The notes under the pieces are model-generated. The model saw only the letters and a program-made list of their open reading frames with translations. It searched no databases and was not told the origin of the DNA. DNA of 64,000 bases, taken from Victivallales bacterium. GTDB lineage: Bacteria; Verrucomicrobiota; Lentisphaeria; Victivallales; UBA1829. A program made the translations under genes and the position numbers. Of this stretch, positions 15,582-26,460 are shown in pieces. The stretch lies in the NCBI GenBank assembly GCA_045612485.1, contig JAZKZE010000109.1:1483-65482 (forward strand). The letters run 5' to 3'. Position 1 is the first letter of the stretch. Every line of letters begins with the position of its first letter.

Positions 15582-15666
15582 TGGTGGTGGGGAGTGGATT
15601 CGAACCACTGAAGTCAGGGACGGTAGATTTACAGTCTACTGCATTTGGCCACTCTGCAACCCCACC
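15582..15666 (-). tRNA. tRNA-Tyr (anticodon GTA), encoded CCA, long variable arm
   Basis: Reverse complement: GGTGGGGTTGCAGAGTGGCCAAATGCAGTAGACTGTAAATCTACCGTCCCTGACTTCAGTGGTTCGAATCCACTCCCCACCACCA. Acceptor stem GGTGGGG/CCCCACC, anticodon stem GTAGA/TCTAC with loop CTGTAAA, T-arm GGTTCGAATCC. Confidence 0.95.
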
Positions 15667-15676
15667 AACTTTCAAA

Positions 15677-15750
<74 letters not shown>

Positions 15751-16011
15751 ATCTCAACTTGATGTCATTTAATATACTCTCTTTCAGTCAAAAGTCAAGC
15801 CGTTTTTTGATTTTTTTTCAAAATTCTTTTATTTTCACGGAAAAACTTGTTTTTATTAACCCAAAAGAGGGTATTTCAGGCGGAAAATGGTAAAACATGG
15901 TGGCGGGATGAAGATAGATGTGTACTGAAGAATACGGAAAAGTATGGTGGGAATGTATATGATTGTAGTGAATGATCCGGAAGAAAAATAGAGAAAATGA
16001 AAATCCAATTA

Positions 16012-16051
16012 CAAAAAAGCGTTGACGGAAAAATGATCCTCCGTCAACGCT
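16012..16051 (-). terminator. Rho-independent terminator after metG
   Basis: Minus strand has an AGCGTTGACGG...CCGTCAACGCT hairpin followed by TTTTTTG. Confidence 0.7.
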
Positions 16052-16081
16052 TCCATAAATATCCGTTGAAAAAAACGTCTT

Positions 16082-18049
16082 TTATCCTACAGAAATACCG
16101 CTTTTGAAACTTCCGCCTTCAATGGTCACAAGTTTCAATGTATCGCCGTCTTTCGCCGCAAGAAGCATCCCGTTGGAAACTACTCCGCGGATCTTGGCAG
16201 GTTTCAGATTTGCCACGATAACAATGGTCTTACCCACCATCTCTTCCGGTGTATAATACTGGGCGATCCCGGAAACGATCTGGCGGACTTCTTCCCCGAC
16301 TTTGATCTGCATACGCAGAAGTTTATCGGAATTTTCCACCTTTTCCGCTTCAAGAACTTCCGCTGTTTTGAGTTCTGCTTTGAAGAAATCATCCACAGAA
16401 ATCATTCCGGCAGGCATCTCTTCCTCTTTTGCCTTCTTTTCCGCGGCAAGAGCAGGGGCTTTTTCCTGTTTGGCAGCTTTGGGCTGCTTTTTATTACAGG
16501 CATCTTCCTTTTCAACCATGATACGGGGGAAGAGAGGAGCAATGTCCACCATAGCGGAACCACTCACCAGACGGGCGGCGGCAAGTGTTGCATAATCCGC
16601 TTTGACAGATTCTTCAGCACTGTACCCCAGAGCCATACGCAATTCTTTCATCTTTTCCGGCATCACAGGAAGAAGCAGAGCAGAAACAATTCTCAATGTT
16701 TCCGCAGCTGTATAAAGAACCGTGGCAAGACGTTCCGTTTCCCCGTTTTTGGCAAGTGTCCAGGGAGCGGTCTTTTCCATATAACGGTTGGCGGCACGGA
16801 CAGCATTCATCACCGCATCCAGCCCCTTATCCAGTTTGATATTCTGAACTGCATCCATCACGGCGGGAATGGCCTTTTCCGCTTCAGCAAGCAATTCCTT
16901 ATCAATATCCTCCAAAGCACCGCAAACAGGTACTTTTCCTTCAAAATATTTGAAGGACATCTTTACAACACGGCTGAGCATATTACCCAGATCGTTGGCA
17001 AGATCCGTATTATAACGCAGAATGAAGGATTCTTCCGTGAAGGAGGCATCCTGTCCGGGAACCATACCTGCAGTAAGGCAGTAACGGAAGGAATCCACGC
17101 CGAATTTACCGATCATATCCATGGGATTGACCACGTTGCCCGCAGATTTGCTCATCTTTGCATTGCCGGTAAGCCACCAGCCGTGAGCGAAAATGTGTTT
17201 AGGCATGGGAAGTCCCATTGCATGAAGCATGGTAGGCCAGTAAACGGTATGGGTGGTCAGGATGTCTTTTCCGATAAGGTGAAGGCAATCCTGCCAGTAT
17301 TTTGCAAATTTTGCCTCATTCTCTCCCCGGTACCCGATGGTGGAAATATAGTTGATGAGAGCATCAAACCATACATAACAGACATAATCGGTATCGAAAG
17401 GCAGTTCGATCCCCCAGGAAAGGCGGGATTTTGGTCTGGAAATACACAGGTCTTCCAGATCTTTTTTCAGGAAGCCCAGAGTTTCATTTGCACGGAAATC
17501 CGGCAGGATGAAACCGGGATGGGTCTGGATATACTCCACAAGCCAATCCCTGTACTGTCCCATACGGAAAAAGTAATTTGTTTCGCAGATCTCATTGGTG
17601 GGGCGTCCGCAATCCGGGCAGAGATTCCCGTCAACAAGATCCTTATCGGTGAAAAACCTTTCACAGGGAACGCAATAGTGTCCCTTGTATTCCTTCTTAT
17701 AGATAAGATCCCGTTCAAAAAGATCCTGCAAAATAGCACGGACAACTTTTTTATGACGTTCCTGGGTGGTACGCACAAAATCATCGTTGGAGATCCCCAA
17801 ACGCTCCCAGAGTTCCTGGAACCGTTTCACGGTATCATCACAATGTTCCTGCGGGGTAAGAGAACGGGCCTCGGCAGCTTTCTGTACTTTCTGCCCGTGT
17901 TCATCGGTTCCGGTAAGAAAGAAAGTATCGTCCCCCATCGCCCGGTGGTAACGGGCAAGGATATCACCGAGGATGGTGGTATAGGAGTGCCCGATATGGG
18001 GTTTATCATTCACATAATAAATAGGGGTTGTCACATAAAAATTACTCAT
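16082..18049 (-). CDS. metG: Methionine--tRNA ligase with C-terminal tRNA-binding (Trbp111/EMAP-like) domain
   Basis: HIGH region PIYYVNDKPHIGHSYTT and KMSKS motif NAKMSKSAGN. Start at ATG 18049 (MSNFYV), with AGGAG 7 nt upstream; the longest ORF starts at 18070. Confidence 0.95.
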   Translation of the reverse strand: MSNFYVTTPIYYVNDKPHIGHSYTTILGDILARYHRAMGDDTFFLTGTDEHGQKVQKAAEARSLTPQEHCDDTVKRFQELWERLGISNDDFVRTTQERHKKVVRAILQDLFERDLIYKKEYKGHYCVPCERFFTDKDLVDGNLCPDCGRPTNEICETNYFFRMGQYRDWLVEYIQTHPGFILPDFRANETLGFLKKDLEDLCISRPKSRLSWGIELPFDTDYVCYVWFDALINYISTIGYRGENEAKFAKYWQDCLHLIGKDILTTHTVYWPTMLHAMGLPMPKHIFAHGWWLTGNAKMSKSAGNVVNPMDMIGKFGVDSFRYCLTAGMVPGQDASFTEESFILRYNTDLANDLGNMLSRVVKMSFKYFEGKVPVCGALEDIDKELLAEAEKAIPAVMDAVQNIKLDKGLDAVMNAVRAANRYMEKTAPWTLAKNGETERLATVLYTAAETLRIVSALLLPVMPEKMKELRMALGYSAEESVKADYATLAAARLVSGSAMVDIAPLFPRIMVEKEDACNKKQPKAAKQEKAPALAAEKKAKEEEMPAGMISVDDFFKAELKTAEVLEAEKVENSDKLLRMQIKVGEEVRQIVSGIAQYYTPEEMVGKTIVIVANLKPAKIRGVVSNGMLLAAKDGDTLKLVTIEGGSFKSGISVG

Positions 18050-18079
18050 TCTATTCTCCTTTCTCCTCACAGAGAAAAC

Positions 18080-18838
18080 TTATTGGAAGATCCCTTTGAG
18101 AATATCCAGGGATGTTTTCAAGTCGATGAGGGGATCACGCAGATGGGTATCATGTTCGATAAGAGCCCATTTGTCATAATTGTATTTCTTCAGGGCTTCT
18201 CCCACCGCTTCCACGTCAAAACCGCAGTTGCCAGCACCAAGTTCACAGAAACGCAGACGCTGTCCCCAGTTATCCAACCCGATGGATTCATCTTTGATAA
18301 AGACATCTTTGAAATGCACAGCGGCAAGTCTGTCATGGAAAGCATGGATGATTTCCACATTGTCGCCTCCTGCCCCGTGAACATGACCCACATCCAGAAG
18401 AAGATAGGCACCGGGAACAGCTTTCATAAAATCAAAGATCTCGCTCTGATCCTGAATACGGTTGCCCAGGTGATTGTGCAAAGCTGTCTTCAAGCCCAGT
18501 TTGGCGGCGGCATTTACAAAAGCATTGGCTCTGCGGCAGAAAACATCAAAGGGAACGTTTCTGCTCACATCTCCGGGGGAAAGCCATACATATTCCTTAC
18601 CGAAAGCAGCAGTAAGTTCCATGCCGAATCCTCTGTTCTGACCACATTCCACCGTAGCAAAATCCATTCCCATACGACGGAATTCCACTGCTTTATAAAC
18701 AGCATCCGCGGCATCCACACAGTTCAGACGTTCGATCCCGTCCATACCGATACTTTTGAGATCTTCCAGTCTGCCTTTCAGATCCCAGTTACCGCCATAC
18801 CATACATTCATCCCGTAATCTGCAACACCGAATTTCAT
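18080..18838 (-). CDS. Sugar phosphate isomerase/epimerase (xylose isomerase-like TIM barrel)
   Basis: Pattern typical of the AP_endonuc_2 TIM-barrel family: LHNHLGN, LLLDVGHVHGAGGD, VHFKD, WALIEHD. Confidence 0.75.
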   Translation of the reverse strand: MKFGVADYGMNVWYGGNWDLKGRLEDLKSIGMDGIERLNCVDAADAVYKAVEFRRMGMDFATVECGQNRGFGMELTAAFGKEYVWLSPGDVSRNVPFDVFCRRANAFVNAAAKLGLKTALHNHLGNRIQDQSEIFDFMKAVPGAYLLLDVGHVHGAGGDNVEIIHAFHDRLAAVHFKDVFIKDESIGLDNWGQRLRFCELGAGNCGFDVEAVGEALKKYNYDKWALIEHDTHLRDPLIDLKTSLDILKGIFQ

Positions 18839-19083
18839 TTGCTTTACTCCTTACTGCTTTTATGTTTTCATTTCATCCGTCTTGCGGATAAACCTTTTTT
18901 TGGTTGAGGTTAAAAAAATTATTATATTAATGTACCATTTCCCGGCAGTATTGCAAGAAGATTTCTTGACTTTTTTTCAACTTGCAGTATATTAGTACCG
19001 TTGCGGGGGGGATATTTTCCTTCTGAACACTTTACAGAAGTTTTTCCATAAACGTTTTCCATACTATCAGCAAGGAGAAAAAA

Positions 19084-19539
19084 ATGAAAAAAAGTTTACT
19101 TCTTATCATGCTTGTCACAAGTTGTTTTGCCCTTTCCGCACTGGATGTCAAGCTGAATAACGGCAGAGTCCTCAAAGATTTCAGCGGTCTTGGCGGTGTT
19201 GCAGCAGTTCCCCGTACAAAAGGTGCAAAATGGGGTGTTGTGGTCTTTTACATGGACGGGAAGAAGAAAACGGTCGTGGAAGTCAATAATTTCCCCAAGG
19301 ATTTCCCTTACATGACTCAGGTACGCAGACGTGCGGAACAGATCCCCGTAGCAAAAGCCAAAGCCGCTGCTGAACAGAAGGAAGCACAGCTGGAAGCAAA
19401 AGAAGAACAGGAAAGGCAGCAGAGATTAAAAAAGATCGCAAAAGATGCCAAAAAGGGTGTTCCTGTGAAAGTTCCGAAAAAATCTGCTAAAACCAAAAGA
19501 AAAGAATTCAAAAGTGGCAGCAGCAGTAGCGATGATTGA
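19084..19539 (+). CDS. secreted hypothetical protein with Lys/Glu-rich C-terminal tail
   Basis: Signal peptide MKKSLLLIMLVTSCFALSA, with AAGGAG upstream of the ATG. No family recognised. Confidence 0.6.
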   Translation: MKKSLLLIMLVTSCFALSALDVKLNNGRVLKDFSGLGGVAAVPRTKGAKWGVVVFYMDGKKKTVVEVNNFPKDFPYMTQVRRRAEQIPVAKAKAAAEQKEAQLEAKEEQERQQRLKKIAKDAKKGVPVKVPKKSAKTKRKEFKSGSSSSDD

Positions 19540-19568
19540 TTTTCCTGTCTGTTCCTGAATATCAAAAA

Positions 19569-19607
19569 GGGGAATGAGATCTCTTTGATCTTCATTCCTC
19601 TTTTTTT
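19569..19607 (+). terminator. Rho-independent terminator
   Basis: GGAATGAGATC...GATCTTCATTCC hairpin (one bulge) followed by TCTTTTTTT. Confidence 0.6.
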
Positions 19608-19821
19608 ATTATATTTCCCCTTCCCCTCTGTCCGGGAGAAATTATAAATTATTGAAATATTTCCGGATAAATTTCAATATCCGGCATATTCAGTGCTGAA
19701 AGCACAAAAGATTCTGTAAGAGCCTTTGCCCTTCCAGGGCATATTCCTAAAAAGATATGTTTGAGAAACTCTGATTCATCAGACATTTTACAAGCGTTTT
19801 TTTCTTTTGTGTAAACACAAT

Positions 19822-19860
19822 AAAAAAGGGACCGTCGCATTTTTGCAACAGTCCCTTTTC
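19822..19860 (-). terminator. Terminator after the alkaline phosphatase gene (possibly bidirectional)
   Basis: AAGGGAC...GTCCCTT hairpin, with T-runs following on both strands. Confidence 0.55.
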
Positions 19861-19876
19861 TTTTCTGCGGCACTTC

Positions 19877-21193
19877 TTACAGAAGATTTTTCAGGATATT
19901 GGCTATATCGGTATTTTCGATCAGACCGGAAAACTTTTCTGCATTGTTTCCTACTGCTGTCGTAATAACAGGTACTGCAGTATGACTTCCGGTAGTCCAG
20001 CCGGTTCCTGCTTTTTTATTCACCAGAAGACGAAGTGCATTATGAAGTTTTTTACTTGCATACGCTTTGGCAAGTTCCTGCTGATCCTTTCCGGAAAGGA
20101 TCATGGGATTTTTCTTACTGTCCCCGGAAAACTGAAATCCGCAATATTTTGTAATAAGGGGTTTTACATCCTCAAAAGATTTGATACTGCCGGCTTTCTG
20201 CAATGCTTCCAATTTGCTTTTGAAGACATTTGCAGTACATTTCTGATGAACAAGGACTTCCGGCTTGAACGCACCTCCTGTGACACCGAGAGTAAGTCCG
20301 CCTGTTTCATGGTCGCCAGTAACAAGGATCAGAGTGTCAGCAGGGTGTTTCTTATAAAAGGCATAAGCCTTTTTTACAGCCGCATCAAATGCAAGAGTTT
20401 CATAAAGATTTGCCGCAGTTTCATTGCCATGTCCGGCATAATCAATAAGACCGCCTTCCACCATGATGAAAAAGCCGTTGGGATTCTCCAGCAGTTCAAT
20501 CGCCTTTTCTGTAATATCTGCCAATGTGGGAATGAAACTTTCCGCATCCAGCGCATAAGGCATATTGCTTTTGTCGGAAGAGGCAAGGAAAATATTTTTA
20601 TCCCCTTTTTTCATCCCGGCAAGCCCAGTTTTCCCCCGGGATACTTTATAATTATTTTTTTCAGCAAGTGCGAAAATATCAGGAGATTTTTTATTATACT
20701 TTGCGATCCCTCCGCCGCCGAAAAAGTCAAAGTTGGAAGCAACAAGATCCAGGGCAAGTTCATAATATTCCGTACGGCTCTTTCTGTGTCCGTAAAAACC
20801 GGAAGGTGTGGCATGATTGAGAGTGACAGTTGTAATGATACCCACTTTCTTTCCCTTATCCCGGGATTTTTCCGCAACAGAATAAAGTTTTTTATTGGCG
20901 GGATCCGTACCGATCCTGCCGTTATTGGTCTTTACCCCGCAGGCAATGGCAGTAGCTGCCGCGGCACTGTCTGTGGTAAGAGAATTGGCAGAAACAGTCC
21001 GGGTCATAGCAGAATACGGGAAGGAATTCATGCAAAGAGGTCCTTTTCCGGTTTTACGGGAAAATTCCTCAGCAAGCATACGCTGGGGAAGAGACATCCC
21101 GTCACCGATAAAAAGAAACACATACCTGGGGGCTTTTCCCATAAGAGTGAATACTGCAAGGATAATAAGTAAACTCAATACAGTTTTTTTCAT
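19877..21193 (-). CDS. Alkaline phosphatase (PhoA family), secreted
   Basis: Motifs FLFIGDGMS, the active-site Ser context TTDSAAAATAIACGVKT, and LVTGDHETGG. Has an N-terminal signal peptide. Confidence 0.9.
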   Translation of the reverse strand: MKKTVLSLLIILAVFTLMGKAPRYVFLFIGDGMSLPQRMLAEEFSRKTGKGPLCMNSFPYSAMTRTVSANSLTTDSAAAATAIACGVKTNNGRIGTDPANKKLYSVAEKSRDKGKKVGIITTVTLNHATPSGFYGHRKSRTEYYELALDLVASNFDFFGGGGIAKYNKKSPDIFALAEKNNYKVSRGKTGLAGMKKGDKNIFLASSDKSNMPYALDAESFIPTLADITEKAIELLENPNGFFIMVEGGLIDYAGHGNETAANLYETLAFDAAVKKAYAFYKKHPADTLILVTGDHETGGLTLGVTGGAFKPEVLVHQKCTANVFKSKLEALQKAGSIKSFEDVKPLITKYCGFQFSGDSKKNPMILSGKDQQELAKAYASKKLHNALRLLVNKKAGTGWTTGSHTAVPVITTAVGNNAEKFSGLIENTDIANILKNLL

Positions 21194-21223
21194 TTTTTCT
21201 CTCCTTAAATTGTTGAAAAGATT

Positions 21224-22342
21224 TTATTTGATACTGCTTTCAAGAATCACTTTTTCCAGTAATGCGTAGGCTTCCTCCTCCGGAAGAAGAGCAAATCTTT
21301 CCCCTTTTTTGAAAAGAATAAGAGACCCCTTCCTGTTTCCTCCGGCAATCCCTATATCTGCATCAGCAGCTTCTCCGGGGCCATTGACCTCACACCCCAT
21401 TACCGCGATCTTCCGCAAGGAGATCCTGCCGCCTTTTGCTTTGATGGAATCTACAAGTCTTTCCACATGATTTACAGCTTTTATCAAATCATAGGAAGTT
21501 CTTCCACAAGTGGGGCAGGAAACGATCTCCGGGGCAGCCTCACGCAGTCCGCAGCTTTCCAGAATGGCTTTCGCCGCCCTCACCTCTTCCACCACAGGGG
21601 CACTCAGACTTACACGGATGGTATTGCCTATCCCTTCCAGAAGCAGGGCACCGATCCCCACCGCACTCTTTACCGTCCCCCGGAATGCAGTCCCCGCCTC
21701 GGTCACACCAAGATGCAGCGGGTAATCTGTTCTCCCGGCAAAAATACGGCAGGCAGCAACGGTGGAAGCCACACTGCTTGCTTTCAGAGATACTTTTATA
21801 TCCCGGAAGCCGAACTCTTCCAATAACCAGGTCTGATAAAGTGCCGCCTCCACAAGAGATTCCGCAAGAGCCTCATCCCTGGTCATTCCGGAAGCCATTT
21901 TACTCTCCAGAAGTCCTTTGGGCAGACTTCCGGAATTTGCCCCCACCCGGATAGGGATATGTGCATTTCCGGCGGCTTCCGCAACTTTCTGCACCCGGTC
22001 TTTCCCTCCGATATTGCCGGGATTGATCCGCACCCCGTGGACACCCGCTTTAATAGCCCCCAATGCAAGACGGTAATCAAAATGGATATCTGCAATAAGA
22101 GGCAGCGGACTTTTTTCCAGAATCTCCGGCAGAGCATTGACAGCAGCTTCATCCGGTACTGTGGAACGGACGATCTCACAACCCGCTTCAAAAAGTTCAT
22201 GGATCTGGGCAAGAGTTGCCGCAGTATCAGAGGTAACAGTATTGGTCATGGACTGGATGGAGACAGGCGCATCCCCGCCCACGGCAACATTTCCTACCTT
22301 AATTTGTCTTGACCGGTTCCGCAGAGGCAGCTGGGAGGACAT
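21224..22342 (-). CDS. ispG: 4-hydroxy-3-methylbut-2-en-1-yl diphosphate synthase (flavodoxin)
   Basis: RQIKVGNVAVGGDAPVSIQSMTNT, plus the C-terminal Cys motif SCPTCGRT...MGCEVNGPGE. Confidence 0.95.
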   Translation of the reverse strand: MSSQLPLRNRSRQIKVGNVAVGGDAPVSIQSMTNTVTSDTAATLAQIHELFEAGCEIVRSTVPDEAAVNALPEILEKSPLPLIADIHFDYRLALGAIKAGVHGVRINPGNIGGKDRVQKVAEAAGNAHIPIRVGANSGSLPKGLLESKMASGMTRDEALAESLVEAALYQTWLLEEFGFRDIKVSLKASSVASTVAACRIFAGRTDYPLHLGVTEAGTAFRGTVKSAVGIGALLLEGIGNTIRVSLSAPVVEEVRAAKAILESCGLREAAPEIVSCPTCGRTSYDLIKAVNHVERLVDSIKAKGGRISLRKIAVMGCEVNGPGEAADADIGIAGGNRKGSLILFKKGERFALLPEEEAYALLEKVILESSIK

Positions 22343-24053
22343 TTTTTTCCACCTTTTTTATCTGTTTTTCTGTTACAGGCTCTTTCTTTTCCACCTTCTC
22401 CGATTTTTCCGGATGGAACTTTCTGTAACTTCTTACAATGGGGTTCACGATCCTTCTCACATCATAGAAAGTAACAAAAAGCATAAAGAAAATAAGGACG
22501 GCAATAAAGACATAGGAAATGGGATCAAGCAGTTTCTGGGGAACAGGCTTACGCAGAATGATCTCAATGACCGCAAGAAGGATATGCCCGCCGTCCAATA
22601 CAGGTATGGGCAGGAGATTGAGAAGCCCCAGACTGAATGTGATCATCACAACAAGAACAAATCCCTGCATGATGGAGGCAAGATAGACGGAAAGGAAAAG
22701 AACCCGTCCGATACCGATGGGCCCACTCATGTGTTTGGGTTTTATTGTGGTATGTTTTTCCGTAAGGTGCAGTTTCTTGCCGATACTTATACCGATACCG
22801 CGCAGGGAACGCAAGGTCATATCGATCACATCCGTAAACTGCTGCCAGGGGGTGGGATGCTCCTTTGTAGCAAAGGCGGCACCGAAAACATAATCATAAA
22901 GGTAAACCGGAGTTACTGTAATATCCATGATCTCTTTATTACGTTCCAGTTTTACGGTAAGAGTTTTTCCTGCATTGGTCTTGAGGTATTCCTGTGCATC
23001 GCCTACCGTATTGATCTTCTGCCCGTTGAATGAAAAGAGCTTATCCCCTTCCCGGATCCCCGCCTTTTCAAAAGGCATCCCCGGCAGAACAAGGACGACC
23101 GGATTACCGGCAAACCCCAGCTTCCAGCTTCCTTTTGCTTTTTCCTTCCCTTCAGGAAGAATACCGCTTGCCCCGGAAAGTGTAAGTTTTTTTCCGTTTC
23201 TTTCCACCTGAAGTGTGATATTCTTTCCCTGGGCAGCATAAAGAAGATTGCGGAAATGAAGAATATCTTTTACTTCCACGGCATCCATGGCAATGATCCT
23301 GTCATTATCTTTCAAGCCCATTTTTTCCGCAGCTCCTCCTTTACGGGGATAGACCTGAACGGGGATCATGGGTGTGAAGAAGGGATAGGCGATCTCCTCA
23401 TCCGGCTGATGTTTCGGATTGGGAGCAGGCAGATAGGTAACAGGAAATACTTTCCCGTTTCTTTCCACATCCAACGTAACTTTATCAATGGTAAAAAGAA
23501 TATCTTTCACAAAGCCCGTCCAGGTGCAATGAAAATTTTTTCCGTTGAGACGTATGATTTCATCCCCTTTACGCAAACCCGCTTTATATTCCGGACTGTT
23601 TACTTCCACTTCCGCTACTTTGATACGGGAAAATTTCGGAGTATCCTGTCTCACCCCCACGAACCAGATGAGCGTGGCAAGAACAAAGCCGAAAAGGATG
23701 TTGAAAAGGGGACCGGCAAAAACAGTGATGATCCTGTCCAGAGGTTTGGCGTGGGGATAGGTCTTGCCGTCTTCGGTTTTCACATTGCCGTTTTTATCGC
23801 AGTTGGCATCCACCTGGGGGATCTCCACATAGCCGCCGAAGGGGATCCAGCCGATGCGGTACTCCACATCCCCAATCTTTTTCGCCCAGATCTTCCGAAA
23901 TCCTATGGAAAATGCGGTAACCGTGAGACCGCGCCATCTTGCCGCAAGAAAATGCCCCAGTTCATGGATAAAAATACAGAATCCAAAGAAAAACACCATG
24001 AACACTACTGCCCCTATGATGGACAGTACATCAAGAATATTGTGCCATATCAT
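22299..24053 (-). CDS. rseP: RIP metalloprotease RseP (site-2 protease) with multiple PDZ domains
   Basis: HExxH motif in FIHELGHFLAARW, and the C-terminal motif LNLLPIPVLDGGHIL. Its 3' end overlaps the ispG start by 44 nt. Confidence 0.9.
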   Translation of the reverse strand: MIWHNILDVLSIIGAVVFMVFFFGFCIFIHELGHFLAARWRGLTVTAFSIGFRKIWAKKIGDVEYRIGWIPFGGYVEIPQVDANCDKNGNVKTEDGKTYPHAKPLDRIITVFAGPLFNILFGFVLATLIWFVGVRQDTPKFSRIKVAEVEVNSPEYKAGLRKGDEIIRLNGKNFHCTWTGFVKDILFTIDKVTLDVERNGKVFPVTYLPAPNPKHQPDEEIAYPFFTPMIPVQVYPRKGGAAEKMGLKDNDRIIAMDAVEVKDILHFRNLLYAAQGKNITLQVERNGKKLTLSGASGILPEGKEKAKGSWKLGFAGNPVVLVLPGMPFEKAGIREGDKLFSFNGQKINTVGDAQEYLKTNAGKTLTVKLERNKEIMDITVTPVYLYDYVFGAAFATKEHPTPWQQFTDVIDMTLRSLRGIGISIGKKLHLTEKHTTIKPKHMSGPIGIGRVLFLSVYLASIMQGFVLVVMITFSLGLLNLLPIPVLDGGHILLAVIEIILRKPVPQKLLDPISYVFIAVLIFFMLFVTFYDVRRIVNPIVRSYRKFHPEKSEKVEKKEPVTEKQIKKVEKNVLPAASAEPVKTN

Positions 24054-24076
24054 CGTTCCTTCTCCTTTTTACAGTT

Positions 24077-25237
24077 TTACAATTTTATATTTTCCGCAGT
24101 ATTTCTTGCCCATTGATCCGCTTCAAGGATCTCATCAAGGGCAGGATCTTTTACAGTTTTATGCAAAGCCATCGTCTTTTCAATGATTTTCCATATATCC
24201 GTCAGGAAAATCTCATCTTTCCGGAATTTTTTGAAAGCCACTTCATTGGCAGCATTCATCACACATGCCATCGTCCCGCCTTCCCTTATGGCATACCTTG
24301 CAAAATCCAGCGACGGGAATTTTTCCTTATCCGGTTTTTCAAATTCCATATTCATAAGTTCTGTAAGATCAAACCGGGGCAGATCCCCTTCCCAGCGTTC
24401 CGGCCAGGAGTAGGCACATTGTATGGGGAAACGCATATCCGGCGTACTGATCTGGGCGGTAATGGAACCATCCAGAAACTCTACCATGGAGTGGATCTTT
24501 GCCTGGGGATGCACGATCACATCTATCTTTTCTTCCGGACAGGAGAAAAGATGATGAGCTTCCACCATTTCCAGAGCCTTGTTCATAAGAGTAGCGGAAT
24601 CCAGAGAAACCTTTTCCCCCATTGACCACACAGGATGATTCACAGCCTTCGCCCAGGATGCCTTCCGCATCTCTTCCAGAGGTGTTTTCCGGAAAGGCCC
24701 GCCGCTGGCAGTAAGGATAATGCGTTTTGCCTGTGAAGAATCCAATCCGTTCAGACATTGGAATACGGCACTGTGTTCACTGTCCACCGGCAGCATGGGA
24801 ACAGAATGTTTTCTCACCAAGTCCATAACCGTACTTCCCGCCATCACCAGAACTTCCTTGCTTGCAAGAGCTACTGCTTTGCCGCATTTGATCCCTTCGA
24901 TCACAGGAAACAATCCTTCCGTCCCCACGATGGAACAAAGAATCATATCCACATCCGGATGCGTGGCAAGTTTCAGAAGTCCTTCCCTGCCGCTCAATGC
25001 TTCACAGGAAGAGGGCAGAACTCTCTTCAACTGGGGGAAATACCGTTCATCGGAAAGAGATGCCATAGTACAGCCGAATTCCTTCACCTGTCTGGCAACC
25101 AGTTCCGCATTGTAATTGGCGGCAACTCCCACCACATTGATTTTGTCTTTGAGGGCAGCAGCCACTTTACAGGCATTCATCCCCACAGAACCGGTGGACC
25201 CCAATATAACAATATTCTTTTTTCCGTCAGGACTCAT
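24077..25237 (-). CDS. dxr: 1-deoxy-D-xylulose 5-phosphate reductoisomerase
   Basis: NADPH-binding [15 protein letters not shown], then [14 protein letters not shown], and full-length collinearity with Dxr. ATGA overlap with dtd. Confidence 0.95.
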   Translation of the reverse strand: MSPDGKKNIVILGSTGSVGMNACKVAAALKDKINVVGVAANYNAELVARQVKEFGCTMASLSDERYFPQLKRVLPSSCEALSGREGLLKLATHPDVDMILCSIVGTEGLFPVIEGIKCGKAVALASKEVLVMAGSTVMDLVRKHSVPMLPVDSEHSAVFQCLNGLDSSQAKRIILTASGGPFRKTPLEEMRKASWAKAVNHPVWSMGEKVSLDSATLMNKALEMVEAHHLFSCPEEKIDVIVHPQAKIHSMVEFLDGSITAQISTPDMRFPIQCAYSWPERWEGDLPRFDLTELMNMEFEKPDKEKFPSLDFARYAIREGGTMACVMNAANEVAFKKFRKDEIFLTDIWKIIEKTMALHKTVKDPALDEILEADQWARNTAENIKL

Positions 25238-25692
25238 ACACCAACACCGTTTTTTGCTTCCAGCATAAAGGTCACAGGCCCGTCATTAAAGATCTTCACC
25301 ATCATATCCGCCCCGAATCTTCCACAGGCGACTTTCTTCACATTCTGTTTTTTCACCAGATCTTTAAAAAGTTCATAAAGACGTTCCGCTTCAGCAGGAA
25401 GAGCAGCATCGGAAAAACCGGGTCTGCGCCCCTTGTGGCAATCACCATATAAAGTAAACTGGGAAATAATAAGTACCTCCCCTTCCACATCCAGCAACGA
25501 ACGGTTCATCTTGCCTTCCTCATCATGAAAAATACGCAAATTCACACATTTTTCCGCAAGATACTGTGCGTCCTTCTCTGTATCGCCCTGCCCGGCTCCG
25601 AAAAGAATGACAAGACCTTTGCCGATACTGCCGACAACTTCCCCGCCGATCGTTACACTGCCTTCCGTGACCCGTTGAAGTAATGCTTTCAT
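25234..25692 (-). CDS. dtd: D-aminoacyl-tRNA deacylase
   Basis: [32 protein letters not shown]...SQFTLYGD is the typical Dtd signature. Confidence 0.9.
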   Translation of the reverse strand: MKALLQRVTEGSVTIGGEVVGSIGKGLVILFGAGQGDTEKDAQYLAEKCVNLRIFHDEEGKMNRSLLDVEGEVLIISQFTLYGDCHKGRRPGFSDAALPAEAERLYELFKDLVKKQNVKKVACGRFGADMMVKIFNDGPVTFMLEAKNGVGV

Positions 25693-25709
25693 ATTTTTTC
25701 CTTACAGGA

Positions 25710-26252
25710 TCATTTTTTGATAAGATTGAGAAATTCCATACGGGTGGTCTGTTCCCTGCGGAAAGATCCCAGCATGGTAGATGTCGTCATAATGGAATTC
25801 TGTTTTTCCACACCCCGCATCAGCATACATAAATGCTGCGCTTCCATCACCACTCCCACTCCGGCAGGATGCAGTGTTTCAAAAATCGTATCCGCCACCT
25901 GCTGACAGAGTCTTTCCTGTATCTGGAGTCTGCGGGCGAAAACATCCACGATCCGGGCAAGTTTGCTTACACCCAGGATTTTTCCCCGGGGGATATAGCC
26001 AATGGCACATCTGCCGAAAAAGGGCAGCATGTGATGTTCACACATACTGTAAAATTCAATATCCTTGACAATGACCATATCGGTACTGGGGGACTCAAAT
26101 ATTGCGCCATTGATAACCGTCTGAATATCCTGCTTATACCCCCGTGTAAGAAATTCCAGACTTTTTCTCACCCGTTCAGGAGTCTTTACCAGACCTTCCC
26201 TTTCAGGATCTTCCCCGATAGACAAAAGGATTTGTTTGATTTCGTTTTCCAT
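25710..26252 (-). CDS. folE: GTP cyclohydrolase I
   Basis: Motifs [14 protein letters not shown] and RLQIQERL. Confidence 0.95.
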   Translation of the reverse strand: MENEIKQILLSIGEDPEREGLVKTPERVRKSLEFLTRGYKQDIQTVINGAIFESPSTDMVIVKDIEFYSMCEHHMLPFFGRCAIGYIPRGKILGVSKLARIVDVFARRLQIQERLCQQVADTIFETLHPAGVGVVMEAQHLCMLMRGVEKQNSIMTTSTMLGSFRREQTTRMEFLNLIKK

Positions 26253-26381
26253 ATCGTTCCATAGATTGTTAGATTAGATATTCCACTTCATTTTTCCGCT
26301 GAAAAATCATTTTTTTCCAGAGAGAAGCACACAGGATGATCCAATACATCATTATGCCGGATTAATATACACCTTCAACGC

Positions 26382-26429
26382 TTTTTCTGCAAATTTTTCT
26401 GTAAATTTTTCTGTAAAGTTTTCCGCAGG
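26382..26429. repeat. 3 (+1 degenerate) x 12-bp tandem repeat TTTTTCTG(C/T)AAA in the folE upstream region
   Basis: Units are tttttctgcaaa / tttttctgtaaa / tttttctgtaaa / gttttccgcagg, read directly from the sequence. Confidence 0.8.
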
Positions 26430-26460
26430 GAAAGGGGAATATAAAAAGAATCATTCTGCA

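Noticed and set aside
15400-15675. 91-aa ORF containing FTFRFTFRFTFWFTF
   Set aside because: The periodic peptide is just the translation of the 12-bp tandem repeat. The ORF also runs through the terminator and tRNA-Tyr.
17183-18907. 574-aa ORF on the plus strand
   Set aside because: Antisense to metG and the TIM-barrel isomerase gene, spanning their intergenic gap. It is a shadow frame.
19649-19873. 74-aa ORF directly after the alkaline phosphatase gene
   Set aside because: It spans the hairpin and T-run terminator at 19822-19860 and has no RBS or family similarity. It is probably non-coding.
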